Origin: Candidatus Bipolaricaulota bacterium
Lineage (GTDB): Bacteria; Bipolaricaulota; Bipolaricaulia; M55B111
DNA: 29,474 nt
Direction of reading: 5' to 3'
NCBI GenBank assembly: GCA_018334595.1
Contig: JAGXLQ010000001.1
Location: 1-29,474, forward strand
A model generated the notes under the pieces. It was given only the letters and a program-made list of their open reading frames with translations, was not told the origin of the DNA and did not search any database. How positions within the stretch are numbered: the first letter of the stretch is position 1; each line of letters starts with the position of its first letter. Below, piece after piece: positions 17,222-27,374 of the stretch. The translations under genes were made by a program, and so were the position numbers.

Positions 17222-19486
17222 TTACTTCTTTTCCACGTGGTTGCAGCCCTTATTACTGCAGACCAGCTTGTCGTCGTCGTCCACGAGGACACCCCTTCCA
17301 CAGCTCGGACAACGTTTTACCGGCCTGCGGCTAGTCGTAAACTTGCAATCGGGGTAGTTGCTGCAGCCGTAGAAGACCTGCTTCTTTCTGCGGGAGTAGC
17401 GTTCGAGCAGTTCTCCTTCTTCACATTTCGGGCACTCTACTCCGGTTGAAATGGAGGCGGTCTCCTTACAGTCGGGGTTGGTGCAGGCGTAGAACCTCCC
17501 GTACCTCCCGTGCTTTATTTCCATCTTTGATCCACACTCGGGGCAGGTCTTCTCGCCCAGGCTTTTGTCCTCTTCCCGCCGTCTTTCCAGTTCGTCCGCC
17601 AGTATTACCTTACCCCCCCTGTACTTGAACGATATATTCGTTGGCAGGCTCATCTTTTCCTCGCATTGGGGATAGGAAGAGCAGGATAGGTACGGTGAAC
17701 CCTTCCAGTAGCGGATGTTCATATGGCCGTCGCACTCGGGGCAGTCTACGTCGGTGGGAATTTCGAACCCGTTATCCTGGGTTTCCAGAATCTCTTCTAC
17801 TTTGTTCAATTCCTCCTTCAGTGGACCGTAAAATTTATTGAGGGTCTTCTCCTTTGACGTCTCTCCGTCCTTGATTCTGTCCAGTGCGTCCTCCATCGTT
17901 GCCGTCAGGTCCGGCTCCACTATTTCGGGGAAGAATTCGTCAAGGAACTCGACCACGATAAACCCGAGGAGGGTCGGAACGAACGAGCCGTTCTGTTTAA
18001 CGATGTAATCACGGTGTTGTATGGTCGAGATGATGCTGGCGTAGGTGCTCGGACGGCCGATGCCCTGTTTTTCCAGTTTTTTGATTAACCCTGCTTCTGT
18101 GTACCTATTAGGGGGTTTGGTAAAATGCTGGCTGAGGTCGATGTCCTTCAGGCTGAGTTCGTCCCCCTTGGAGATGTTGCTGGGAAGGTTCACGTCCTGG
18201 TCGCTAAGAGGTCTTAATTGCAGCACCTTTAAGAAACCTTCGAAGAGCAATTCGCTGCCGGAGGTCTTAAACAGGTAACCGTCACCATTTACCGCAATTT
18301 TTTTCCTCTTGTACCTGGCGTTACTCATCTGAGTTGCGACGAACCTTTCCCAGATAAACCTGTACAGGCGGTACTGATCCCGTGACAAGTAGCTCTTTAT
18401 CTTGTCGGGTTCTCTCTGGACTCCGGTCGGGCGGATCGCCTCGTGAGCGTCCTGGGCTCCGCTATTCTTTCTGAAGTAGCGGGTCTTCTCGGCAAGGTAA
18501 CTATCCCCGTACTTCCCCGTAATAAACTTCCGCAGGCCCTGGTTAGCCTCCTTTGCCACCCTGGTCGAATCCGTTCTCATGTACGTGATCAGGCCTTCGA
18601 CTCCGCTCTCGAGCTCCACACCCTCGTAAAGGGACTGGGCAACTCTCATAGTCTTGCTCGGAGTAAAGCTTAGGATGGACGAGGCCGTCCTCTGGAGCGT
18701 GGAAGTAATAAACGGGGGGAGTGGTGACCTCGTCTTGGTCTTCTCCGTTAAGTCGCTGACGACGAATTCAGCTTCGTTTAAGTCCCGTTCGACCTGGTCC
18801 GCCTGGTCTTCACTACTTATGTCGGGTGTTTCACCCTCGATCTTTTTCAGGTCAAGTGGGAAACTATCCGAAGTCTTCTCCTTGTACAGGTCTATTACTA
18901 CTTCCCAGTATTCCTTGGGTTCAAATCTTTCCCTCTCCTCCTCCCGATCGACGATGTACTTCAACCCCACGGACTGTACCCGACCGGCGCTCAGCCCCTC
19001 GAATCGACTTCCCGATATGGACTTGGACAGGAGAGGACTAATGAGGTAGCCAACCAGCCGGTCGAGAATTCGACGGGCCCGCTGGGCTTCAACCTTCTCG
19101 AGGTCTATCGTGGTGGGTTCCTTGATGGCCTGGTTGATGCTGTCCTTCGTTATCTGGTTAAAGATGATCCGTTTGAACTTCCCGTTGCTCCCGTTATCCT
19201 TTAATAGTTCGTAAAGGTCAAACGCGATCGCTTCACCCTCCCTGTCGTTATCCGTTGCCAGGTATACCGTCGTATCCCCTTTGGCGGCCTGTTTCAACTT
19301 GCCGACCAATTTCTTTTGGTTAACGACGAGGGTAGGCTTAAAACCATCCTCTATCTCGACGCCGAGCTCCTTTTTCGGCAGGTCACGAACGTGACCCTTC
19401 GACGAGAGTACCTTGTACCGTGAACCTAGGTACCTGTTTATCGTATTTGCTTTTGTCGGTGACTCTACAATAACTAAATCGTCCAT
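17222..19486 (-). CDS. topA: DNA topoisomerase I (type IA) with C-terminal zinc ribbons
   Basis: IVESPTKA, GHVRDLP, ATDNDREGE, SAGRVQS, LYE...ITYMRTDS (catalytic Tyr), DAHEAIRPT, GIGRPSTY, four CxxC...C...C zinc-ribbon repeats. Confidence 0.97.
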   Translation of the reverse strand: MDDLVIVESPTKANTINRYLGSRYKVLSSKGHVRDLPKKELGVEIEDGFKPTLVVNQKKLVGKLKQAAKGDTTVYLATDNDREGEAIAFDLYELLKDNGSNGKFKRIIFNQITKDSINQAIKEPTTIDLEKVEAQRARRILDRLVGYLISPLLSKSISGSRFEGLSAGRVQSVGLKYIVDREEERERFEPKEYWEVVIDLYKEKTSDSFPLDLKKIEGETPDISSEDQADQVERDLNEAEFVVSDLTEKTKTRSPLPPFITSTLQRTASSILSFTPSKTMRVAQSLYEGVELESGVEGLITYMRTDSTRVAKEANQGLRKFITGKYGDSYLAEKTRYFRKNSGAQDAHEAIRPTGVQREPDKIKSYLSRDQYRLYRFIWERFVATQMSNARYKRKKIAVNGDGYLFKTSGSELLFEGFLKVLQLRPLSDQDVNLPSNISKGDELSLKDIDLSQHFTKPPNRYTEAGLIKKLEKQGIGRPSTYASIISTIQHRDYIVKQNGSFVPTLLGFIVVEFLDEFFPEIVEPDLTATMEDALDRIKDGETSKEKTLNKFYGPLKEELNKVEEILETQDNGFEIPTDVDCPECDGHMNIRYWKGSPYLSCSSYPQCEEKMSLPTNISFKYRGGKVILADELERRREEDKSLGEKTCPECGSKMEIKHGRYGRFYACTNPDCKETASISTGVECPKCEEGELLERYSRRKKQVFYGCSNYPDCKFTTSRRPVKRCPSCGRGVLVDDDDKLVCSNKGCNHVEKK

Positions 19487-19508
19487 TATTCCCTCCAGAA
19501 CGGACGAA

Positions 19509-19537
19509 ATTATATTTGCGGACCCTCCTCATATCAA
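19509..19537 (-). promoter_or_regulatory. Sigma70-type promoter for topA
   Basis: TTGATA (19537-19532), 17 nt, TATAAT (19514-19509), just upstream of RBS GGAGG and ATG 19486. Confidence 0.8.
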
Positions 19538-19774
19538 TAGGAAAATCAAAAACCAAAGAATTACCGGTAGGAACGCCAACGGGGGAGCCTTCGGACCGCC
19601 CGGCTTTCCTTGACGTTAGTTAGCGGAGAACGGAAAAAAGCGTAACCCGGACTAGTCTCGTCCTTAGCACGGTTAATAGAGTCCTGTGTTGGTGAGGTTT
19701 AGAATGGTGTTACTCTCTTGAGAGAGGATAACGGAAGAAATCACGGACAAAAGTTCTAATTGTGAGGTGTTAGA

Positions 19775-20359
19775 ATGAAATTCAGCAGGATAAAGATTTT
19801 CTTAGCCGTAGCAGTTACCTCTCTCGCCCTCTCGTCAGTCGTTATGGCTGCCGATGGAGGATCACTGGTAATTAGTGAAGTTGCATGGGCGGGAACGAGG
19901 GCGAGCTGGGCGGACGAGTGGATTGAGTTACGAAACCGGGGCGAAGAGAACATTGATTTGACCGGCTGGTCGGTCGTATGGGGTGACTCGGTCCTCCATC
20001 TTGGGTCAGAAGAGGAAAATACCGTCCAGGTCATCAACAAGTTCGTTCCCCCAGGTGGGGTAATTCTTTTAGAGAGGACGGATGACGAAACGGTGTCGAC
20101 GGTAAATGCCGATCTCATTTTCAAAGGTAGCCTGCCAAACTCGGGGACGAAGCTGGAGTTAGTCGGCCCGGACGGAGAGGTCGTTCAGACTATAGATGCT
20201 CGAGACGGTTGGCCGGCCGGGACCGCGTCCGACGGGGACCCGAGTTACGCCTCGATGGAACTGATCGAGGGCCAGTGGGTTACCTCCGACCAACCCGGGC
20301 GTGAGAAGGATAAGAACGGAGAAAGAATATATGGAACGCCCGGTGGTCCTGTTGGTTAA
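19775..20359 (+). CDS. Secreted lamin-tail-domain (LTD) protein
   Basis: Signal peptide (MKFSRIK...SVVMA-AD); LTD signature LVISEVAWAGT...DEWIELRN...IDLTGWSV; GTPG at the C-terminus. RBS GAGGTG. Confidence 0.8.
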   Translation: MKFSRIKIFLAVAVTSLALSSVVMAADGGSLVISEVAWAGTRASWADEWIELRNRGEENIDLTGWSVVWGDSVLHLGSEEENTVQVINKFVPPGGVILLERTDDETVSTVNADLIFKGSLPNSGTKLELVGPDGEVVQTIDARDGWPAGTASDGDPSYASMELIEGQWVTSDQPGREKDKNGERIYGTPGGPVG

Positions 20360-20421
20360 TTCCGGCGCCCGTAGAGGTTTGTAAGTAAACCAAAAAACTC
20401 AACTAAGGAGGCTGAGGAAAG

Positions 20422-20514
20422 GGTTATCCCCGAGAACTTCGGTGGATAAACGAAAATCAATCCACCGCGGATTGCGGATACAGAGGAGGTAAATCGCTGT
20501 CCGGGGTGGATTGA
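20422..20514 (-). terminator. Two tandem hairpins between convergent genes, probable terminator(s) of the sigma gene
   Basis: TCAATCCACC/GGTGGATTGA perfect 10-bp stem (20457-20466 with 20505-20514), followed by UUUUC on the minus strand; a second hairpin TTATCC-CCGA/TCGG-T-GGATAA at 20424-20449. Confidence 0.55.
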
Positions 20515-20528
20515 CCTTTCTTCAAATC

Positions 20529-21395
20529 TTACGTAGGTATGGCCCTTAGGTAGCAGCGAAGCTGCTTCTTAATTTCCGGGCTCCTCAACTTGTTTATCGC
20601 TTCCTTCTGTATCTGTCTGACCCGCTCCCTGCTGATGCCGAAGACCTTTCCCACCTCGTTAAGGGTCCGGGGATGGTAGTCCTCCAGGCCGTATCTTAGC
20701 TGGATAATCCTTCTCTCTCTATCGGTCAATACCTCGTGGAGCAACTTCTCCAGGTGATCCCTGGTCAGCATCTGTAAGGATGCCTGTTCCGGGCCGGGAA
20801 GGTTACTGTCTGCGAGTATGTCCCCTAAAACACCGGCTTCGCCATCTTCTTCCCCCAGGGGTTTATCCAAAGACGTTGTCCTCTGTGCCGTTTTCTGGGC
20901 CTTCCTAATCTTGTCCACGGGTTCATCGAGTCGCTCCGCGATCTCCTCCGCCGAGGGGTCGTTGCCTTGTCTGTGCATGTACTCTCTCTCAACCCTCTTT
21001 ACGTCCCTGATGAGCTCGTTCATATGTGCGGGTACCCTGATGGTCCTGGACCGGTTCGTAATTGCCCGGAGTATCGCCTGTCGGATCCACCAGGTCGCAT
21101 AGGTACTAAACTTATACCCTTTACGCCAGTCAAATTTCTCAACTGCCTTCATCAGCCCGAGATTTCCTTCCTGGATCAAGTCCAAAAAGGAGAGGCCATA
21201 GTTTCTGTATTTCTTGGCAATACTTATAACCAGTCTTAGGTTGGCGGTGGCGAGCTCTTTTTTCGCTTGAGTGTCGTTTTCTTCTATTCTTTGTGCTAGT
21301 TGAGCTTCCTCTTCCCGGCTTAATAGAGGTCTTTCACCTATTTCGTCGAAATATGCTCGGACTGGATTCTTCTTGTTCCTTAACTGGTAGGACAT
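20529..21395 (-). CDS. RNA polymerase sigma factor, RpoD/SigA family, short form without region 1.1
   Basis: Region 1.2 [62 protein letters not shown], region 4.2 [20 protein letters not shown]; 288 aa. Confidence 0.93.
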   Translation of the reverse strand: MSYQLRNKKNPVRAYFDEIGERPLLSREEEAQLAQRIEENDTQAKKELATANLRLVISIAKKYRNYGLSFLDLIQEGNLGLMKAVEKFDWRKGYKFSTYATWWIRQAILRAITNRSRTIRVPAHMNELIRDVKRVEREYMHRQGNDPSAEEIAERLDEPVDKIRKAQKTAQRTTSLDKPLGEEDGEAGVLGDILADSNLPGPEQASLQMLTRDHLEKLLHEVLTDRERRIIQLRYGLEDYHPRTLNEVGKVFGISRERVRQIQKEAINKLRSPEIKKQLRCYLRAIPT

Positions 21396-21562
21396 ATAAC
21401 CCCCTTTTTACAAGTAGAACTTGAGTGGGTGCCGCAAAAACAGTAAATGCAAGTTTGTAGGTGATTTTGTGTATTTCCTTGGCCACAACATCGGTGGCAA
21501 GGTTTAGGATGGATGACCCGAGAAAAGCAACCGTCCGAAAATTAAATGAGATCCTGCCGGTT

Positions 21563-21600
21563 AAAAAAGAATAGACCATATAATATTATAAGGTCTATTC
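21563..21600 (-). terminator. Probable intrinsic terminator of the patatin gene (32-bp palindrome plus T6)
   Basis: GAATAGACC-a-TATAATATTATA-a-GGTCTATTC (21569-21600, one mismatched pair), followed on the minus strand by TTTTTT (21568-21563). Confidence 0.65.
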
Positions 21601-21612
21601 GCGGGATGTCAA
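21585..21612 (-). promoter_or_regulatory. Consensus sigma70 promoter for the sigma-factor gene
   Basis: TTGACA (21612-21607), 16 nt, TATAAT (21590-21585). Confidence 0.75.
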
Positions 21613-21672
21613 AAAAGACCTTGAAAACGGCAAACTGTGAAACTCCAGTTAGAGACTATATAGCTTCGTATA

Positions 21673-22623
21673 CTAGTTTTTAACAGAATTAAATATACTC
21701 TTCACTTCATCTAGATCCTTCCTGATGCACCTCTCTCCCCGGGACGCCGCCTTCTTGATCTGGTTGAAGTCCAGCCAGTTCAGGTCATCTACCTGGGGAC
21801 TCAATACCTTGAGCATGCCGGGAAGTTGAACGCGGGCGATCGCGTTTTTGGCCTTGAGCAGTTCTTCCTTTCTGATCTTGCTCGTCCTGTTGAATATGGC
21901 CAGCGGGCTGTTGCTCCCATGCTCCGGTAAATTGGTGCTAACGTCCACGGCAATGACCGCGTCGGCGCCCAGTTGCACTGCTGGCAGGACCGGGACCGTG
22001 TCGACGACTCCTCCATCGACGAGAAGGAAGTCCTCCCACTTCACGGGGGGGATAAAGCCGGGGATGGCAGAGCTGGCTGCGGCCGCCCTGTATACCTTGC
22101 CCTCCGTGAGAATTACCTCTGAGCCGGAAAGTAAGTCGGTGGCTACGGCCGCGTAGATGACCGGGAGTTCTGCAATGTCCGAGTTCTTCGTTAGCAGCTT
22201 GAAGAAGGTAAAGAACCGGGCCAGCTTTACTGGAGTCTCGTTGGATTCCTCCGAACCCCAGTTCGATACCCCGATCCCCTGCGCCAAGGTTCTACCGAGT
22301 ACCTTCTCCAGTTCTCTACGGCTTTCCCGAGAGATTTGCAGGATTTGGTTGATGTCCAGACGTTCGAGGACCTTAATCAACCCCTCGACTTCTACCTCTC
22401 CCGCGGCGGCAGAGCCGATCACCGACCCCATGCTGGTCCCGACTATCATGTCGGGCTTGAGGCCCAACTCCTGGAGGACCTTTACAACTCCCAGGTGGGC
22501 GAAACCCCTCGCACCGCCCCCTCCGAGGACCAGGGCGACCTTCTGGACGCCTTCTCCGTCTTCTTCGGGGTCGGACTGAGGCAATTCAATCTCGTGCTTT
22601 ATTGAGCCCTCGGTATTTTTCAT
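21673..22623 (-). CDS. Patatin-like phospholipase (NTE/RssA family)
   Basis: LVLGGGGARGFAHLGV (oxyanion), GTSMG (GxSxG), ASSAIPGFIPPV, LVDGGVVD. Confidence 0.92.
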   Translation of the reverse strand: MKNTEGSIKHEIELPQSDPEEDGEGVQKVALVLGGGGARGFAHLGVVKVLQELGLKPDMIVGTSMGSVIGSAAAGEVEVEGLIKVLERLDINQILQISRESRRELEKVLGRTLAQGIGVSNWGSEESNETPVKLARFFTFFKLLTKNSDIAELPVIYAAVATDLLSGSEVILTEGKVYRAAAASSAIPGFIPPVKWEDFLLVDGGVVDTVPVLPAVQLGADAVIAVDVSTNLPEHGSNSPLAIFNRTSKIRKEELLKAKNAIARVQLPGMLKVLSPQVDDLNWLDFNQIKKAASRGERCIRKDLDEVKSIFNSVKN

Positions 22624-22692
22624 AAGGTCCCCTTTAAGGTTCTAGTATTGAGCCGTCACGTTATTATATGACAAGCCCCCCCGGTAAAGAAA

Positions 22693-22734
22693 TAAAAAAG
22701 CCCGTGACGACCAATCGGCCGCCCCGGGCTTTTA
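22693..22734 (-). terminator. Intrinsic terminator of groEL
   Basis: AAAAGCCCG/CGGGCTTTT stem (22696-22704 with 22725-22733) with a further-pairing interior; TTTTTTATTT tail on the minus strand. Confidence 0.85.
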
Positions 22735-22758
22735 TAAGACTTATATTTATCTTTTTCC

Positions 22759-24417
<1,659 letters not shown>

Positions 24418-24441
24418 TTACTAACCTCCTAGAGTTATTAG

Positions 24442-24717
24442 TTATTCAATCTTGGCGAGAATGTTGTTCTCTTTGACTATCTTCATCTCGCGATCGTCCA
24501 TCTCGATTTCCGTTCCGGAAAAGCTGGATAAAATAACTGTGTCTCCGACCTCCACTTCGATGTTCTCATCACTACCCACTGCCAGAACTTCTGCCTTGGT
24601 GTAGTTGTCCTCTTCCTTGGCGCTGTCGGGTAGGACGATTCCTCCTTCTGTAACTTCCTCTTCCTCGACATCGATCTTTTCGACGAGTACTCTTTTACCT
24701 AATGGTTTAATATCCAT
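24442..24717 (-). CDS. groS: Co-chaperonin GroES
   Basis: IKPLGKRVLV, mobile loop TEGGIVLPDSAKE, EVLAVG, ILAKIE; RBS GGAGG. Confidence 0.97.
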   Translation of the reverse strand: MDIKPLGKRVLVEKIDVEEEEVTEGGIVLPDSAKEEDNYTKAEVLAVGSDENIEVEVGDTVILSSFSGTEIEMDDREMKIVKENNILAKIE

Positions 24718-24776
24718 TGATACCTCCTCGCTTTTATTGTTGTTGGTTGTAGATTTTTCTTACATAACTTTAATAA

Positions 24777-24803
24777 TTAGCACTCTTGTATAGTGACTGC
24801 TAA
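24777..24803. promoter_or_regulatory. CIRCE element (HrcA operator)
   Basis: TTAGCACTC-N9-GACTGCTAA, one mismatch from TTAGCACTC-N9-GAGTGCTAA, lying between the groES promoter and its RBS. Confidence 0.93.
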
Positions 24804-24812
24804 ATCAAGAAT

Positions 24813-24841
24813 AGTTTAACCAATTAACCCACCCTAGTCAA
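24813..24841 (-). promoter_or_regulatory. Promoter for groES-groEL
   Basis: TTGACT (24841-24836), 17 nt, TAAACT (24818-24813), directly upstream of CIRCE. Confidence 0.8.
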
Positions 24842-24923
24842 CCCCCATTCAACGATTATTTAACTGACCGTTGTCGTTTTTTTGACTTTTCTCCAAACGG
24901 CCGGGAATTACCCCCTGGATAGT

Positions 24924-24951
24924 TTGAATATGGTTGTGATTGTGATATCAT
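24924..24951 (+). promoter_or_regulatory. Putative promoter for the hydrogenase-metVF operon
   Basis: TTGAAT (24924-24929), 16 nt, extended -10 TG-A-TATCAT (24943-24951); AGGAGG at 24964-24969. Confidence 0.45.
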
Positions 24952-24976
24952 TCAATCTGTGATAGGAGGTGTGATT

Positions 24977-25840
24977 TTGGATACCAAACAGGAATGTTGT
25001 TCTGTTATCTGGCTACAAGGCGCAACTTGCACCGGTTGTGCGATATCTTTAATGAATTCCAATTATCCCAAATTATCTAACCTACTCCTCGACGAGGTCG
25101 TCCCCGGGAAGTCAATTTCTTTGAAATTTATGGCCACGTTGATGGGAGCAACCGGTGAACTTGCCCTTGAAGTGTTAAGCCGCGCTGAAGCGGAAGGAGA
25201 TTATATTGTTGTGATGGAAGGGTCCGTACCCAAGGGCGAAGACGGGAAGTACTGTATGGTAGGAGAGAAGTCGGTTGCGGACCAACTCACGGAGGCTGCG
25301 CCGGGTGCAAAAGCGGTGGTAAGCATCGGGACCTGCTCCGCTTACGGGGGAATACCTGCCGGACAGCCGAACCCGACGGATGCTGTTTCGGCCGCCGAAC
25401 ACCTTGAGGCCGAGGGGATCGATACTCCCTGCCTCAACGTCCCCGGTTGTCCTCCTGAACCTAGCTGGTTTGTGGACAGCCTGGCGACGGTAATGTTGTT
25501 CGGTTTGCCCGGACCGGAGGACGTTGACGACGTCGGTCGGTTGAAGTCCGTCTACGGGGAGTTGATTCACGATAACTGTCCTCGAAGAGGGGACTTCCAG
25601 AATGGTCACTTTGCCAGGCACATAGGTGAAGAGGGTTGTCTGGCAGAGGTCGGCTGCAAAGGTCCGTACGCCAACGCCCCCTGCCCCAACAGAGGGTGGC
25701 ACGAAGGCCTTAACTGGGCAATAAAAAACAATCATCCCTGTATAGGGTGTGTGGAACCGGGCTTCCCCGACTTGATGGGGCCGTTTTTCGAGAAATTTGG
25801 CCCGGAGGAGTCCGAGGAGATGTACAGGAGGCTAAAGTGA
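24977..25840 (+). CDS. [NiFe]-hydrogenase small subunit (group 1-like, no Tat signal)
   Basis: VIWLQGATCTGC, GTCSAYGGIP, PGCPP (proximal cluster); HDNCPRR, GCLAEVGCKGP (distal); CP...W...HPCIGCVEPGFPD (medial). TTG 24977 is 7 nt after AGGAGG. Confidence 0.93.
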   Translation: MDTKQECCSVIWLQGATCTGCAISLMNSNYPKLSNLLLDEVVPGKSISLKFMATLMGATGELALEVLSRAEAEGDYIVVMEGSVPKGEDGKYCMVGEKSVADQLTEAAPGAKAVVSIGTCSAYGGIPAGQPNPTDAVSAAEHLEAEGIDTPCLNVPGCPPEPSWFVDSLATVMLFGLPGPEDVDDVGRLKSVYGELIHDNCPRRGDFQNGHFARHIGEEGCLAEVGCKGPYANAPCPNRGWHEGLNWAIKNNHPCIGCVEPGFPDLMGPFFEKFGPEESEEMYRRLK

Positions 25841-27351
25841 AACAGATTACCATAGATCCGGTAACGCGAATAGAGGGACACCTGAAGATAGAGACCGAAG
25901 TTGAAGGTAAAGAGGTCAAGTCTGCGCGGAGCAGCGGTACTCTGTTCAGGGGCTTCGAGCAGATACTGTCCGGGCGGGACCCGAGAGACGCCCAGAGAAT
26001 CACGCAGAGGGTTTGTGGGGTCTGCCCCACCGCTCACGCGACGGCTTCCTCATTGGCATTGGAAGATGCCTTTGGTATCAAGGATCAGGTGCCGGCCAAC
26101 GGTAGGTTGATCAAGAATATCATGCTTGGCGCCAACTTCATCCAGTCCCACGTGCTCCACTTTTACCACCTGGCGGCGTTGGATTATCTGAACCCCGAAC
26201 GCACTAAGGAGGTCACCGATTGTGGCCCTCAGGTTGACACGCTGGCAAACTTTCTTAGATCTACGGACGGTGCACCATTTACACCTCAATACGAGGGTGA
26301 CTATCGACTCGGGCCGGAGATAAGTACGGACCTCTGTCGGGACTACCTCGACGGGCTGGATATCAGAAAGAAGGCCCACGAACTACTAGCCTTATTCGGC
26401 GCGAAGATGCCCCACAATATGGGAACCGTTCCTGGAGGCTCGACGAGAAAACCCGACGTGGGGACCATCGAGAAAGCCGGAGCCCGATTGAAGGAGATAA
26501 AGTGTTTTATCGATAACAGATACCTACCCGGGGCCCTTGCTCTCGTCGAAGCCTACGACGACTACTTCCAGGTTGGTCGGGGTGTGGACACGTTCTTGGA
26601 ATACGGAGGTTTCTACCTCGATAACATTTTAGGGGCACCTCAGGATACCCCAGTTGGGTTGTTGGGAGGAGTCTTTAACCTGGAAAACTACAGCCTCGAG
26701 GAAGTTGATTTGAACGAGATAACGGAGGAGGTAACTCACTCCTGGTACGAAGACGCGACTACCGGTCATCCCACCGAGGCAAGGACTAGCCCCAGTGCCG
26801 ACAAGGAAGGAGCTTACTCCTGGGTCAAGGCACCAAGGTACGGGGATCGGCCATGCGAAGTGGGGCCCGCTGCCAGGATTATGATCAACTACAGCCGCGG
26901 CAACGAGTTCATCAAGGAGAAGATGGACGAGATTACGGGTAAACTGGACATCGAACTGAAAGACTGTGCTTCCGTAGCCGGGAGGCATCTGGCCCGGGCA
27001 CTTGAATGTAAGTACATTTCCGATCTCATGGGAGATTGGTTAGAGCAGCTGGAGCCAGGCGCGGAGTCGGTTGCAAAGTACGAGATGCCAGATGAAGGAA
27101 CCGGCGTCGGTGTAACCAGTGCCCCCCGAGGAACGCTGGGACACTGGATCGAGGTAAAGAACGGCGAGATCGAAAACTACCAGATGGTCGTGCCTACCAC
27201 CTGGAACGCTTCACCCAGGGACGGTCAGGGTAGACCCGGTCCAATCGAACAGGCTTTGATCGGTACGAGGATAGAGGACGGGGATAATCCGATCGAGGCT
27301 GCCAGGATAGTCCGTTCTTTCGATCCATGTATGGCCTGCGCGGTCCATTGA
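25837..27351 (+). CDS. [NiFe]-hydrogenase large subunit
   Basis: IDPVTRIEGH, L1 QRVCGVCPTAH, APRGTLGHW, VVPTTWN, L2 RSFDPCMACAVH-stop. The GTG start overlaps the small-subunit stop (GTGA) after AGGAG. Confidence 0.96.
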   Translation: MKQITIDPVTRIEGHLKIETEVEGKEVKSARSSGTLFRGFEQILSGRDPRDAQRITQRVCGVCPTAHATASSLALEDAFGIKDQVPANGRLIKNIMLGANFIQSHVLHFYHLAALDYLNPERTKEVTDCGPQVDTLANFLRSTDGAPFTPQYEGDYRLGPEISTDLCRDYLDGLDIRKKAHELLALFGAKMPHNMGTVPGGSTRKPDVGTIEKAGARLKEIKCFIDNRYLPGALALVEAYDDYFQVGRGVDTFLEYGGFYLDNILGAPQDTPVGLLGGVFNLENYSLEEVDLNEITEEVTHSWYEDATTGHPTEARTSPSADKEGAYSWVKAPRYGDRPCEVGPAARIMINYSRGNEFIKEKMDEITGKLDIELKDCASVAGRHLARALECKYISDLMGDWLEQLEPGAESVAKYEMPDEGTGVGVTSAPRGTLGHWIEVKNGEIENYQMVVPTTWNASPRDGQGRPGPIEQALIGTRIEDGDNPIEAARIVRSFDPCMACAVH

Positions 27352-27374
27352 CCTTGAAGGACAGGAGGTAAAAA

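Noticed and set aside
20420-20515. DnaA-box cluster or replication origin
   Set aside because: Only one 8/9 match, no AT-rich unwinding element and no dnaA/dnaN nearby; hairpin structure explains the repeats more simply.
25747-25836. 30-aa N-terminal extension of the hydrogenase large subunit in the ORF track
   Set aside because: It lies within the small-subunit gene; GTG 25837 has a good RBS and matches the usual KQITIDPVTRIEGH start.
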